DNA from: an uncultured Phycisphaeraceae bacterium
Lineage (GTDB): Bacteria; Planctomycetota; Phycisphaerae; UBA1845
NCBI GenBank assembly: GCA_964569425.1
Contig: CAZMVD010000004.1
Coordinates: 12,983-76,982, forward strand
Direction of reading: 5' to 3'
Length of the DNA: 64,000 nucleotides
Below the pieces are notes generated by a model, which was not told where the DNA came from, made no database searches, and saw only the letters and a program-made list of their open reading frames with translations. Shown here one piece after another: positions 1-8,616 of the stretch. Numbering within the stretch: the first letter of the stretch is position 1; each line of letters begins with the position of its first letter. The position numbers were made by a program, and so were the translations under genes.

Positions 1-78
1 CGTAGGTCGCCGCTACCCTCGATTTTAGTGCGTCGCCCTTCGGGCGTGGTCTGTTTCAGGGCAGCTACTGGCTGAACG

Positions 79-1206
79 TCATTTTCCCAGATTGCTCAGG
101 TAGTCCCTGACCTTGTCGAAGAACCCCTTCGACTCGGGCAGGACGGATTTGTCTTCGGTGCGTGCGAAATCGCGGAGCAGGGTTTCCTGTTCGCGGTTGA
201 GCCGCGAGGGGATCTCCACCAGCACTTCCACCAGTTCGTCGCCTTTGCGGCCGCTGCGCAGATCGGGCAGGCCCTGGCCTTTGAGCCGGAATACCTGCCC
301 GTGCTGCGTGCCGTGCGGGATGCGCAGCTCGGCCTTGCCGTCCAGCGTGGGCACTTCAACCAATGCCCCCAATGCCGCCTGCGTGAAGCTGATGGGCATG
401 CGGCAGATGAGCGAGTTCTCGTGGCGTTCGAAGAACGGGTGGGGCTCCACGCGTACGTAGCAGTGCAGGTCGCCGCGGCCGGTGCCGTCCTCGGCGGGCT
501 CGCCTTCGCCGCGCACGCGGATGGCCTGGCCGTCATGAATGCCGGGCGGAACCTGCACACTGACCTCGCGGTGGCGCATGACCCGTCCCGAGCCGCGACA
601 GGCGGCGCAGGGCGTGACGACGGTCGATCCGCGCCCCCGGCAGGATGGGCAGGTGGTGATGACCCGGCCGAAGATGCTGCCCAGACCGCTGGTTTGCTCG
701 ACCTGTCCGTAGCCGCCGCAGGTGGAGCAGGTGCGTCGCTGTGAGCCCTTGGCGGCGCCGCTGCCGGCGCACTCGTCGCACGTGTCCTGGCGCGAGAATT
801 CGATGGTACGCTGGGTGCCGCGGGCGACTTCGGCCAGGGAGACGGCGACTTCGGTCTGCAAGTCCGCCCCTCGGCTGCGGCGTCGCCGGCCGCCCCCGCC
901 GCCGAAAATATCGCTGAACATCGAGAAGATATCCTCGACGTTCATGTGGCTGTAGTCGTGCACGCCCGCGCCGCCCAGCCCGGCGTGGCCGAACTGGTCG
1001 TAGCGCTGCCGCTTCTGTGGATCGGAGAGCACTTCGTAGGCCTGGGCGGCTTCCTTGAACATTCCCTCGGCGGAACTGTCGGGGTTGCGGTCGGGGTGGT
1101 ATTTGTGCGCAAGGCGGCGATAGGCCTTTTTGATTTCCTCCGGTGATGCCTCCCGCGTGACGCCGAGGACTTCGTAGAAATCTCTTTTGGTCGATGCCAC
1201 CGCCAT
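79..1206 (-). CDS. dnaJ: Molecular chaperone DnaJ (Hsp40)
   Basis: J-domain DFYEVLGV...HKYHPDRNP with the HPD motif, then a Gly-rich linker. Four CxxCxGxG zinc-finger repeats follow ([32 protein letters not shown]), then a C-terminal client-binding region. The track ORF opens at a TTG (1266). The ATG at 1206 ([15 protein letters not shown]) is the sensible start. Confidence 0.93.
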   Translation of the reverse strand: MAVASTKRDFYEVLGVTREASPEEIKKAYRRLAHKYHPDRNPDSSAEGMFKEAAQAYEVLSDPQKRQRYDQFGHAGLGGAGVHDYSHMNVEDIFSMFSDIFGGGGGRRRRSRGADLQTEVAVSLAEVARGTQRTIEFSRQDTCDECAGSGAAKGSQRRTCSTCGGYGQVEQTSGLGSIFGRVITTCPSCRGRGSTVVTPCAACRGSGRVMRHREVSVQVPPGIHDGQAIRVRGEGEPAEDGTGRGDLHCYVRVEPHPFFERHENSLICRMPISFTQAALGALVEVPTLDGKAELRIPHGTQHGQVFRLKGQGLPDLRSGRKGDELVEVLVEIPSRLNREQETLLRDFARTEDKSVLPESKGFFDKVRDYLSNLGK

Positions 1207-1267
1207 TCCCAACTTGCCTCGTTTGCTTGCTACGACGGTTTTGTCCGCCGTTCCCCCCTCATGCAAA

Positions 1268-1289
1268 GGGCGGACCTTTCGGCCCGCCC
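1268..1289 (-). terminator. GC-rich hairpin between groEL copy 2 and dnaJ (possible partial terminator or mRNA stabiliser)
   Basis: Plus-strand GGGCGGACC-TTTC-GGCCCGCCC forms a 9-bp stem with one mismatch. It lies about 35 nt downstream of the groEL stop and is followed in minus sense by only TTT. It is weak as a canonical intrinsic terminator. Confidence 0.3.
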
Positions 1290-1324
1290 ATGCCCTTTAT
1301 GGGGTTAACACGCCGGCCCTAAAC

Positions 1325-2935
1325 CTATCGGACGGCGTGGTCGATTTTCTTGTTCTCGTCCTTGAGATCGGTCACCAGCACTTCGGTGGTGAGCAGCAGG
1401 CCGGAGACGCTCGCGGCGTTTTCGAGGGCGACTCGCGCGACCTTGGCCGGGTCGATGATGCCGGCCTTGACCATGTCGACGAACTCGCCGTTGCGTGCGT
1501 CGAAGCCGTAAGCGCCGCTTTTTTCCAGTATCTGCTCGACGACCACTTCGCCCTCGCGCCCGCTGTTGGCCACGATCTGGCGGGTGGGTGCCCGTAGTGC
1601 CTGGAGGACGATGTCCACGCCGATCTTCTCATCGCCGCGGGCCTTGTCGCGCATCTTCTGCACGGCGGGAATGGCGCGCAGGTAGGCCACGCCGCCGCCG
1701 GGGATGATGCCCTCTTCGGCTGCGGCTTTGGTGGCGTGGAAGGCGTCGTCCACCAGGTCCTTGCGCTCTTTGACCTCGACTTCGGTGGCGCCGCCGACGC
1801 GGATGACGGCCACGCCGCCGGTGAGCCGGGCCAGGCGTTCCTGCAGCTTTTCGCGGTCGTAGTCGCTGGTGGTTTTTTCCATCTGAGCGCGAATCTGATC
1901 GATGCGCGCCTTGACGTCGCTCTTCTTGCCGGCGCCTTGAATGATCGTGGTGTTGTCCTTGTTAACGACCACTTTCTTGGCGGTGCCCATGTGCTCCAAC
2001 GTGATGTTTTCGAGCTTGACGCCGAGGTCTTCACTGATCATGGTCGCGCCGGTGAGCACGGCGATGTCGCCCAGCATGGCCTTGCGGCGGTCGCCGAAGC
2101 CGGGCGCCTTGACGGCGCAGCACTGGAGCACGCCGCGGACCTTGTTGACCACCAGCCCGGCGAGGGCTTCGCCCTCGACGTCCTCGGCGATGACCAGCAG
2201 GCTCTTGCCGCCGGTGGCGATGGATTCGAGCGCGGGGACGAAGCTGCGCAGGTTGGAGATTTTCTTTTCGTAGACGAGGATGGCCGGGTCGTTGAGCACG
2301 CACTCCAGCGAAGCGGGATTGGTCATGAAGTAGGGCGAGATGAAGCCCTTATCAAACTGCATGCCCTCGACCACTTCCTTTTCGGTTTCGAGCGACTTGC
2401 CCTCTTCGATTTCGACCACGCCGTCGGTGCCTACCGCCTCGATGGCGCCGGCCAGCAGCTTGCCGATTTCCGCATCGCCGTTGGCGGAGATGGTGGCGAT
2501 CTTGGCGAGGTCGTCGTTGGAGCGGACCTTGGTGGAGAGGTTCTTGATGGCTTCCACGGCGGCGGCCACGGCCTGGTCGATGCCGCGCTTGACCGCCATA
2601 GCGTTGGCGCCGGCGGAGACCATTTTGTATCCCTCGCGGAAGATGGCCTCGGCGAGGACGGTGGCGGCGGTGGTACCGTCGCCGACGACGTCGCTGGTTT
2701 TGGAAGCGACCTGGTTGATCAGCTTCGCTCCCATGTTCTCGAACGGATCGGGCAGTTCGACCTCTTTGCTTACACTCACCCCGTCTTTGGTGATGCGCGG
2801 CGATCCGTAGGACTTCTGGAGGATCACATTGCGGCCGGTGGGCCCCATGGTGATTTTGACGGCGTCGGCCAGCTTGGACAATCCGTCCAGAATCTGCTGC
2901 CTTGCGTCCTGGGCGTACATCAGTTGCTTGGGCAT
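1325..2935 (-). CDS. groL: Chaperonin GroEL (60 kDa), paralogue 2, 536 aa
   Basis: Full-length GroEL signature strings are present: [71 protein letters not shown] sits upstream of the ATG at 2935. The C-terminus ends [11 protein letters not shown], with no GGM tail. Confidence 0.96.
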   Translation of the reverse strand: MPKQLMYAQDARQQILDGLSKLADAVKITMGPTGRNVILQKSYGSPRITKDGVSVSKEVELPDPFENMGAKLINQVASKTSDVVGDGTTAATVLAEAIFREGYKMVSAGANAMAVKRGIDQAVAAAVEAIKNLSTKVRSNDDLAKIATISANGDAEIGKLLAGAIEAVGTDGVVEIEEGKSLETEKEVVEGMQFDKGFISPYFMTNPASLECVLNDPAILVYEKKISNLRSFVPALESIATGGKSLLVIAEDVEGEALAGLVVNKVRGVLQCCAVKAPGFGDRRKAMLGDIAVLTGATMISEDLGVKLENITLEHMGTAKKVVVNKDNTTIIQGAGKKSDVKARIDQIRAQMEKTTSDYDREKLQERLARLTGGVAVIRVGGATEVEVKERKDLVDDAFHATKAAAEEGIIPGGGVAYLRAIPAVQKMRDKARGDEKIGVDIVLQALRAPTRQIVANSGREGEVVVEQILEKSGAYGFDARNGEFVDMVKAGIIDPAKVARVALENAASVSGLLLTTEVLVTDLKDENKKIDHAVR

Positions 2936-3125
2936 GGGTAACTCCTTATGGCGATCCGCGTGGGTTTCAGGCCGCGCGGACTCACCAAATTCGTTTGGGA
3001 TTCACTGTTCGTTCGGGGTTCAATGGACGAGCCCCTCCGTTAACACCTAGGTTTTCAAGTCATGCGCCGCGTGTGTCGGAGCTTCGCATCTCCGCGCGGG
3101 CTGAAAGCCCGCGGCTCGTTTCGCT

Positions 3126-3446
3126 TTACTTTTCGACGATGGCGAGCAGGTCGCTCTCGCGGATCACGACGTACTTGTCCATGTTGAACTCGATTTCGGT
3201 GCCGGAGTATTTTCCGTAATAGACTTCGTCCCCTACGCGGACCGACATTTCGCCGCGGTTGCCGCTGTCCAGCAACTTGCCCGGTCCGACCGCGAGCACT
3301 GTGCCGCGCTGCGGTTTTTCGCGGGCGTTGTCCGGCAGAATGATGCCGCCGGCGGTGGTTTCCTCGGCCTGGCACGGCTCGACGAGCACCCGGTCATCCA
3401 TGGGGCGGAACTTGATCTTCGACTTGATTGCTGTGGCAGTTGCCAT
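3126..3446 (-). CDS. groS: Co-chaperonin GroES (10 kDa)
   Basis: FRPMDDRVLVEP...TAGGIILPDNAREKPQRGTVLAVGPG...GDEVYYGKYSGTEI is the classic Cpn10 pattern. ATG at 3446 has an AAGGAG SD. The longer track ORF (to 3503) adds a non-homologous extension. Confidence 0.93.
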   Translation of the reverse strand: MATATAIKSKIKFRPMDDRVLVEPCQAEETTAGGIILPDNAREKPQRGTVLAVGPGKLLDSGNRGEMSVRVGDEVYYGKYSGTEIEFNMDKYVVIRESDLLAIVEK

Positions 3447-3610
3447 CGTATTTTCGCTCCTTGAGAAAGAACCGTCTGATCTTCCGGCGGCCCTTCGCGC
3501 CACCGAAAGCTCGATTTACTTCAAACCTCTCGATTCCTTACCACGTTGCCGATCAACCTTGCACCCTGTTGCCTGTTGCCTGGTTTCGGCTTTTCGGCGT
3601 TTCGGTTTTT

Positions 3611-5263
3611 CTACATCATGTCCATGTCGTCGTCGTAGTCGCCGCCAGCGGCGCCCGGGGCGTGATCATGATCCTTCTTGGACTTTGGTTTCTCTGAAAT
3701 GCACACGTCTGTGCTCAGCAGGATGCGTGCGACACTGCTGCCGTTTTCGAGCGCCGAGCGGACCACCTTGGTCGGGTCGATGACGCCGTCCTTCACCAGG
3801 TCTGCGAAGCTGCCGGTCTCGGCGTTGTAGCCGAAGTTGCCGCTGCCTGACTGTACCTTATGGAAGACCACGCCCGGATTGGCGCCGGCGTTCTGAGCGA
3901 TCTGCTTGAGCGGGGCGTAGAGTGCTTCGCGGACCACGTCCACGCCGAGCTGCTCGTCGCCGGGGAACTTCAGACCGTCGAGCGCCGAAGTGGCGCGCAC
4001 GAGCGCGACGCCGCCGCCGACCACGATGCCCTCTTCCAATGCGGCGCGGGTGGCGTGCAGCGCGTCTTCGATGCGCGACTTCTTTTCTTTCATTTCCGTC
4101 TCGGTGGCCGCGCCCACGTTGATCTGTGCCACGCCGCCCACCAGCTTGGCGCGCCGCTCTTCGAGTTTTTCGCGATCGTAATCGGATGTGGTGTTCTCGA
4201 TTTCCGCGGCGATTTGTTTGATGCGCGACTGGATCTGCTCAGTCGAGCCGGCGCCTTCGATGATGGTCGTGTTGTTGGCGTCGACGGTGATCTTCTTCGC
4301 CTGGCCGAGGTCCTGAATCGACACTTTCTCCAGGTCGAGCCCCAGGTCCTTCATGATCGGGTTGGCGCCGGTAAGCACGGCGATGTCCTGGAGCATGGCC
4401 TTGCGGCGGTCGCCATATCCCGGCGCTTTCACCGCGCACACTTCGAGAATGCCGCGGAGTTTGTTGACCACGAGGGTGGCCAGCGCTTCGCCTTCGATGT
4501 CTTCGGCGATGATGAGCAGGGGGCGCTTGGCCTTGGCTACCTTTTCCAGCAGCGGCACCAGCTTGGGCACGCTGCTGATTTTCTCTTCGTGAATGAGCAC
4601 GAAGGCCTTGCTCAGGTCGCAGGTGACTTCTTCCTGGTCGGTGACGAAATGCGGCGAAAGGAACCCGCGGTCGAACTGCATACCTTCCACGACTTCCACC
4701 GTGGTCTCGGCACTTTTTCCTTCCTCGACCGTGATCACGCCGTCTTTGCCGACCTTCTCGAAGCAGTCGGCCAACAGCTTGCCGATCGCCTCATCGTTGT
4801 TGGCGGAGATTTTCGCGACATTGATGATGTCATCGCGCTTGTTCACGCGAACCGGGCGCGACATTTCCTTGAGCGCCTCCACGACCTTGACGACGGCCTT
4901 CTGGATGCCGCGATTGAGCGCGTTGCTGTCGGAGCCGGCGGCGATGTTCTTGAGCCCCTGGCGGAAGATGGCCTCGGCCAGCACCGTGGCCGTGGTGGTG
5001 CCGTCGCCCGCGACGGAGCTGGTCTTGCTGGCCGCTTCCTTGACGAGTTGGGCACCCAGGTTTTCGTATTTGTTGATGAGGTCGACTTCTTCGGCGACGG
5101 TGACGCCGTCCTTGGTGACGGTGGGGCTTCCCCAGCCTTTGTCGATGACTGCGTTCCTGCCCCGGGGACCGAGCGTTGCTTTGACGGCGCCGGCGAGCTT
5201 CTGCACGCCGCCCCACAGCGCCTGCCGTGCCTCTTGATCGTAGGCCAACTGCTTAACAGCCAT
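3611..5263 (-). CDS. groL: Chaperonin GroEL (60 kDa), paralogue 1, 550 aa
   Basis: Signature strings [63 protein letters not shown] are present. AGGAGAA SD precedes the ATG at 5263. It has an unusual acidic/His tail [22 protein letters not shown]. Confidence 0.96.
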   Translation of the reverse strand: MAVKQLAYDQEARQALWGGVQKLAGAVKATLGPRGRNAVIDKGWGSPTVTKDGVTVAEEVDLINKYENLGAQLVKEAASKTSSVAGDGTTTATVLAEAIFRQGLKNIAAGSDSNALNRGIQKAVVKVVEALKEMSRPVRVNKRDDIINVAKISANNDEAIGKLLADCFEKVGKDGVITVEEGKSAETTVEVVEGMQFDRGFLSPHFVTDQEEVTCDLSKAFVLIHEEKISSVPKLVPLLEKVAKAKRPLLIIAEDIEGEALATLVVNKLRGILEVCAVKAPGYGDRRKAMLQDIAVLTGANPIMKDLGLDLEKVSIQDLGQAKKITVDANNTTIIEGAGSTEQIQSRIKQIAAEIENTTSDYDREKLEERRAKLVGGVAQINVGAATETEMKEKKSRIEDALHATRAALEEGIVVGGGVALVRATSALDGLKFPGDEQLGVDVVREALYAPLKQIAQNAGANPGVVFHKVQSGSGNFGYNAETGSFADLVKDGVIDPTKVVRSALENGSSVARILLSTDVCISEKPKSKKDHDHAPGAAGGDYDDDMDMM

Positions 5264-5631
5264 GTGACGGTTCTCCTGTACGGTGGATGATCACCTGATT
5301 GAAGGAATTCACAGTCCGGCGAAGGGAATCAGCCCCGAGGCCAAGGACCCTCCTCCGCTTTTAGTCCGCAAATTCCCTTAGCATGGTGAATGCCAGCGCA
5401 ATCATACGAGCTAGAATGTTGTAACACGTTGATATACAGAGACTTAGGCTTCGGCTTCGCCGGCCATGCTGGTTCTGATAACCTGCCACGTTGGCAGCCG
5501 GCAATCGGAGCGGCTCGGGGGCGTGCCAAATTGACAGCGGGTCCATGGCGAAGTGTTTCTTGTTGACGGTGGTGCCCGGAGGTAACGTGCCGACACTTTC
5601 CTGGAGTTGACCATCCATTATCTTCGAAACG

Positions 5632-6084
5632 ATGCGAATCCGACCTGCTCGAATCGACGACGCTGACGCCGTCACCCGATTCAACGCCGCCATGGCCGAG
5701 GAGTCGGAGGGCCTCCGGCTGGACATTGCGACGCTGTCCTCCGGCGTTCGCGCGGCGCTGGCCGATTCGGCCAAGTGCCTTTACTACATCGCCGAGATTC
5801 AGGATCGCCCCGTGGGTCAGACCATGGTTACGTATGAATGGAGCGATTGGCGAAACGCGTGGCTGTGGTGGATACAGAGCGTTTACGTTTTGCCCGAGGC
5901 TCGTCGGAAGGGTGTGTTCCGGCGTCTTTATGCCCATGTGCGGGAGGCCGCGCTGGCTCGGGGTGACGTGTGCGGTCTTCGGCTCTATGTCCATCGTGCC
6001 AACGGCGGGGCAATCAGCACCTACCAACGCCTGGGTATGACGCTGGGCGACTACCTCGTTTGCCAGGACGATTGGGGCCAGTGA
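5632..6084 (+). CDS. GNAT-family N-acetyltransferase, 150 aa
   Basis: Size and layout are typical of GNAT. There is a beta-strand/helix motif A-like segment VYVLPEARRKGVFRRLYAHV (acetyl-CoA pyrophosphate-binding R/Q-x-x-G-x-G/A type). The C-terminal part is YQRLGM. Confidence 0.8.
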   Translation: MRIRPARIDDADAVTRFNAAMAEESEGLRLDIATLSSGVRAALADSAKCLYYIAEIQDRPVGQTMVTYEWSDWRNAWLWWIQSVYVLPEARRKGVFRRLYAHVREAALARGDVCGLRLYVHRANGGAISTYQRLGMTLGDYLVCQDDWGQ

Positions 6085-6460
6085 CCTTCAAGGGGTGAGG
6101 TTTTCAGGACAAGTGTGGCCGGTTGTCCGGTAACCGGGATCGTTCAGACTCGGTGGCCTTACTCGCGCCATGGTGAATCGCACCGCTGAGATGAGTACTG
6201 AGTCTGCCAGCAATTATCGGACTAAGATTAGTCCCAGATATCGTAGTTTCTGAAGAGGATGACTGGGTAAATGGGGTAACCACTTAGTTTTGGCAAGGAT
6301 GGCCTCCAGGACTTGTGGATGTTGGGTGGTTCGCACCGTCGGAAGATTGCGAATACTCGCGGTTTGATGGTCCGACGGTGATACGCTCGTTCGCATTACG
6401 GCCAAGCCCTTGAACAAGGCGAGGGGACGGACGGGGGTCATTGGGTGGGGTAAGGGGGCT

Positions 6461-8557
6461 ATGAGCAAGCGCTTTACGAGCGGCAGGCCATGGGGAAGTG
6501 CGGTCGCCCTAGTGGTCTGGGGGCTGGTCGGACTAGGTGGATGTGGGACGGTGCCCGTTGGACAGATACCCGCCCCAGATCGACCTATTCTCGGTGCGGG
6601 GGCGGACAATGACAATGTGGCCGGACCGGGCGGAGCGAACGACGGAAACGACGCGACACTGGAACTGGGCTTCGCGGCGATACCGATTTTCTGCTGCAAT
6701 CCACTGACGCGAGATTTCGAGGCGATGGCACTGGAAGGGGTGCTTCCCTCGGGTGCTACCTTTGAGTGGGACTTCGGCGACGGCGGTAAGGCTCGGGGGC
6801 GTGCGGTGCAACACACGTATCGCTGGTCCGGGACCTATTTTGTGTCGCTTGTTGCCGTGCTGCCGGGTGACATCATTCGGACCACAACCGATCTGGTGAC
6901 CGTTGGCTATGCGCCGGATGAACTCCCAAGCGACCCATCATCGGCCGACCCCCCGGAAGACCCCGCAGACGGAGGCAACGATCCGCCGTCAAACCTGACG
7001 GTCATTGCGGACGCCGGGGCCGACCGCGAGGTGCCGGGGGGATACGTGGTGTTGCTGGACGGCTCTGCGAGCACGGGGTCCGGTTCGGGCGTGCTTTCCT
7101 TCACGTGGTCGCAGGTCAGCGGGCCGGGCGTTTCGATCACCAATGCCAGCAAGTCCAAGGCGACGTTCGTGGCGCCGGCGGAACTGAGTGAGACGATCAC
7201 CATGACGTTCAAGCTGGTGGTCACTCAGGATGGAGTGGCGGCGAACGACTACGTGGTGGTGCGGGTGGTGTCCCGTTCGAATGCTATTGTCGTGGCCGCG
7301 GCGGGCGCCGATCAACAGGTGGTGGGCGGCGCGACCGTGGTGCTGGACGGTAGCGGGAGCATCGCGTTTGGCACGGGCCCGGTGTCTTACCACTGGGCCG
7401 AAGTTTCGGGCGTCTTTGCCATCATCGAAAGTCCTGATAGTGCCATTACGACACTGACTGCGCCGGAAGTGGACGAGACGGTCACATTGGTTTTTGAACT
7501 GACGGTCACGCAGGGGACGGGCACGGGCCGAGACACGGTTGCGGTGGTGGTCGTACCTCCGGCGGCCCCGCCGGCGCCCGACCCTTCCAGTATCGAGGCG
7601 TTGCGAATGCTGCCGCCGCTTCCCAAGGTGCACTACAACTGGTCGTTTCCGGCGGCGTTCTTGAACGATGCTGCCAACGACGATCGGCTTCGCGAATGGG
7701 TGCGTATTTCCCATTCGGGCGTGGTGTGGGGCGAACTGGTGAAGCAGGCGCAGCTTCAAAAGGTGATGCGCATGTGCCGAGAGGTCAACGCGACGAACCC
7801 GCCCATTCCGGCGACGGTGGGTCTGGTGTTTCGGCCGTTTACCAACATCTTCCCGCCTGACGCACCGCCGACTTACACCGGGCCGGAGCAAGCGGAAGAA
7901 ATCGAGTTGCTCAACCAGCGACTGAACCTGATCAAAGGCTGGGTAGCGCAGGATAATCAGGCGCACGGATCGCCGGTGGTCATTTCGTGCGTGATCCTGG
8001 GCAGCGAGCGGTTTTTCGTCAAGGCGGCGGGGGAAACGGGCGCGGAGGCGTGGAACGCGGCCATCGACGCCAAGCACAATTTGACCTACCTGACGGTGAA
8101 GCAGGCGCTGCCACAGGCGCGGGTGGAGTGGTACGCGCGAGCGATCAGTCCGTTATTCACGCTGCGCGAGATGGGTGAGGCGTTCAGCGCGCCGATGTAC
8201 CACACTCCGGAGCCGTTATCGCTCAGGTCGATTCTGATTCGAGGCATTGCGGCGGCACAGGCGCACGGGGTAGACGAATTCACGCCGTGGATCTGCCTGG
8301 GGACGTCCTACTACTGGAATGCGGATGGGACCAAGTCGTGGCGATTCGACAATCCCTATGACGAGAGTGCTTCCTGGCAGCTTGGAGCGCAGATCAACTA
8401 CGGGGGTTACGCGGGCGACGACTACGGCATCCAGGAGTACGCGGATGTCGTGATTCACTGGCCGCCGCCATGGGATTCGCGGATTGCGAATTGGCAGTCG
8501 CATTTTGTGGCCTATGTGCTGGGAGCGAACGGGCTGGCCATGTTCGAAAGGCCCTGA
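6461..8557 (+). CDS. Secreted lipoprotein with one PKD domain, two PKD/REJ-like Ig repeats and a ~330-aa C-terminal domain of unknown function
   Basis: Signal peptide plus lipobox (LVGLGGC) starts from the ATG at 6461, which is preceded by GGGGG. PKD motif: FEWDFGDGGKARGRAVQHTYRWSGTYFVSLVAV. Two tandem ~95-aa repeats follow (ADAGADREVPGG...FTWSQVSGPGVSI...KATFVAP... and AAAGADQQVVGG...YHWAEVSGVFAII...TTLTAPE...). I do not recognise the C-terminal domain. Confidence 0.72.
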   Translation: MSKRFTSGRPWGSAVALVVWGLVGLGGCGTVPVGQIPAPDRPILGAGADNDNVAGPGGANDGNDATLELGFAAIPIFCCNPLTRDFEAMALEGVLPSGATFEWDFGDGGKARGRAVQHTYRWSGTYFVSLVAVLPGDIIRTTTDLVTVGYAPDELPSDPSSADPPEDPADGGNDPPSNLTVIADAGADREVPGGYVVLLDGSASTGSGSGVLSFTWSQVSGPGVSITNASKSKATFVAPAELSETITMTFKLVVTQDGVAANDYVVVRVVSRSNAIVVAAAGADQQVVGGATVVLDGSGSIAFGTGPVSYHWAEVSGVFAIIESPDSAITTLTAPEVDETVTLVFELTVTQGTGTGRDTVAVVVVPPAAPPAPDPSSIEALRMLPPLPKVHYNWSFPAAFLNDAANDDRLREWVRISHSGVVWGELVKQAQLQKVMRMCREVNATNPPIPATVGLVFRPFTNIFPPDAPPTYTGPEQAEEIELLNQRLNLIKGWVAQDNQAHGSPVVISCVILGSERFFVKAAGETGAEAWNAAIDAKHNLTYLTVKQALPQARVEWYARAISPLFTLREMGEAFSAPMYHTPEPLSLRSILIRGIAAAQAHGVDEFTPWICLGTSYYWNADGTKSWRFDNPYDESASWQLGAQINYGGYAGDDYGIQEYADVVIHWPPPWDSRIANWQSHFVAYVLGANGLAMFERP

Positions 8558-8616
8558 GGCGCAAGGGTTGGGGACTGCGCGCACCCGGTGGATGGGCGTG
8601 CTTCGGGATTTCAATA

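Noticed and set aside
1736-5290. Long plus-strand ORFs 1736-2941 (401 aa) and 3860-5290 (476 aa), plus many shorter ones opposite the groEL genes
   Set aside because: They are exactly antisense to two unmistakable GroEL genes. Their translations are Gly/Ala/Asp/His-rich low-complexity strings with no motifs. These are classic high-GC shadow ORFs.
3447-5631. Search for HrcA/CIRCE or sigma-32-type elements upstream of groEL-1 and groES
   Set aside because: By eye I found no TTAGCACTC-N9-GAGTGCTAA and no convincing CTTGAA...CCCCAT pair. A proper pattern search is still advisable.
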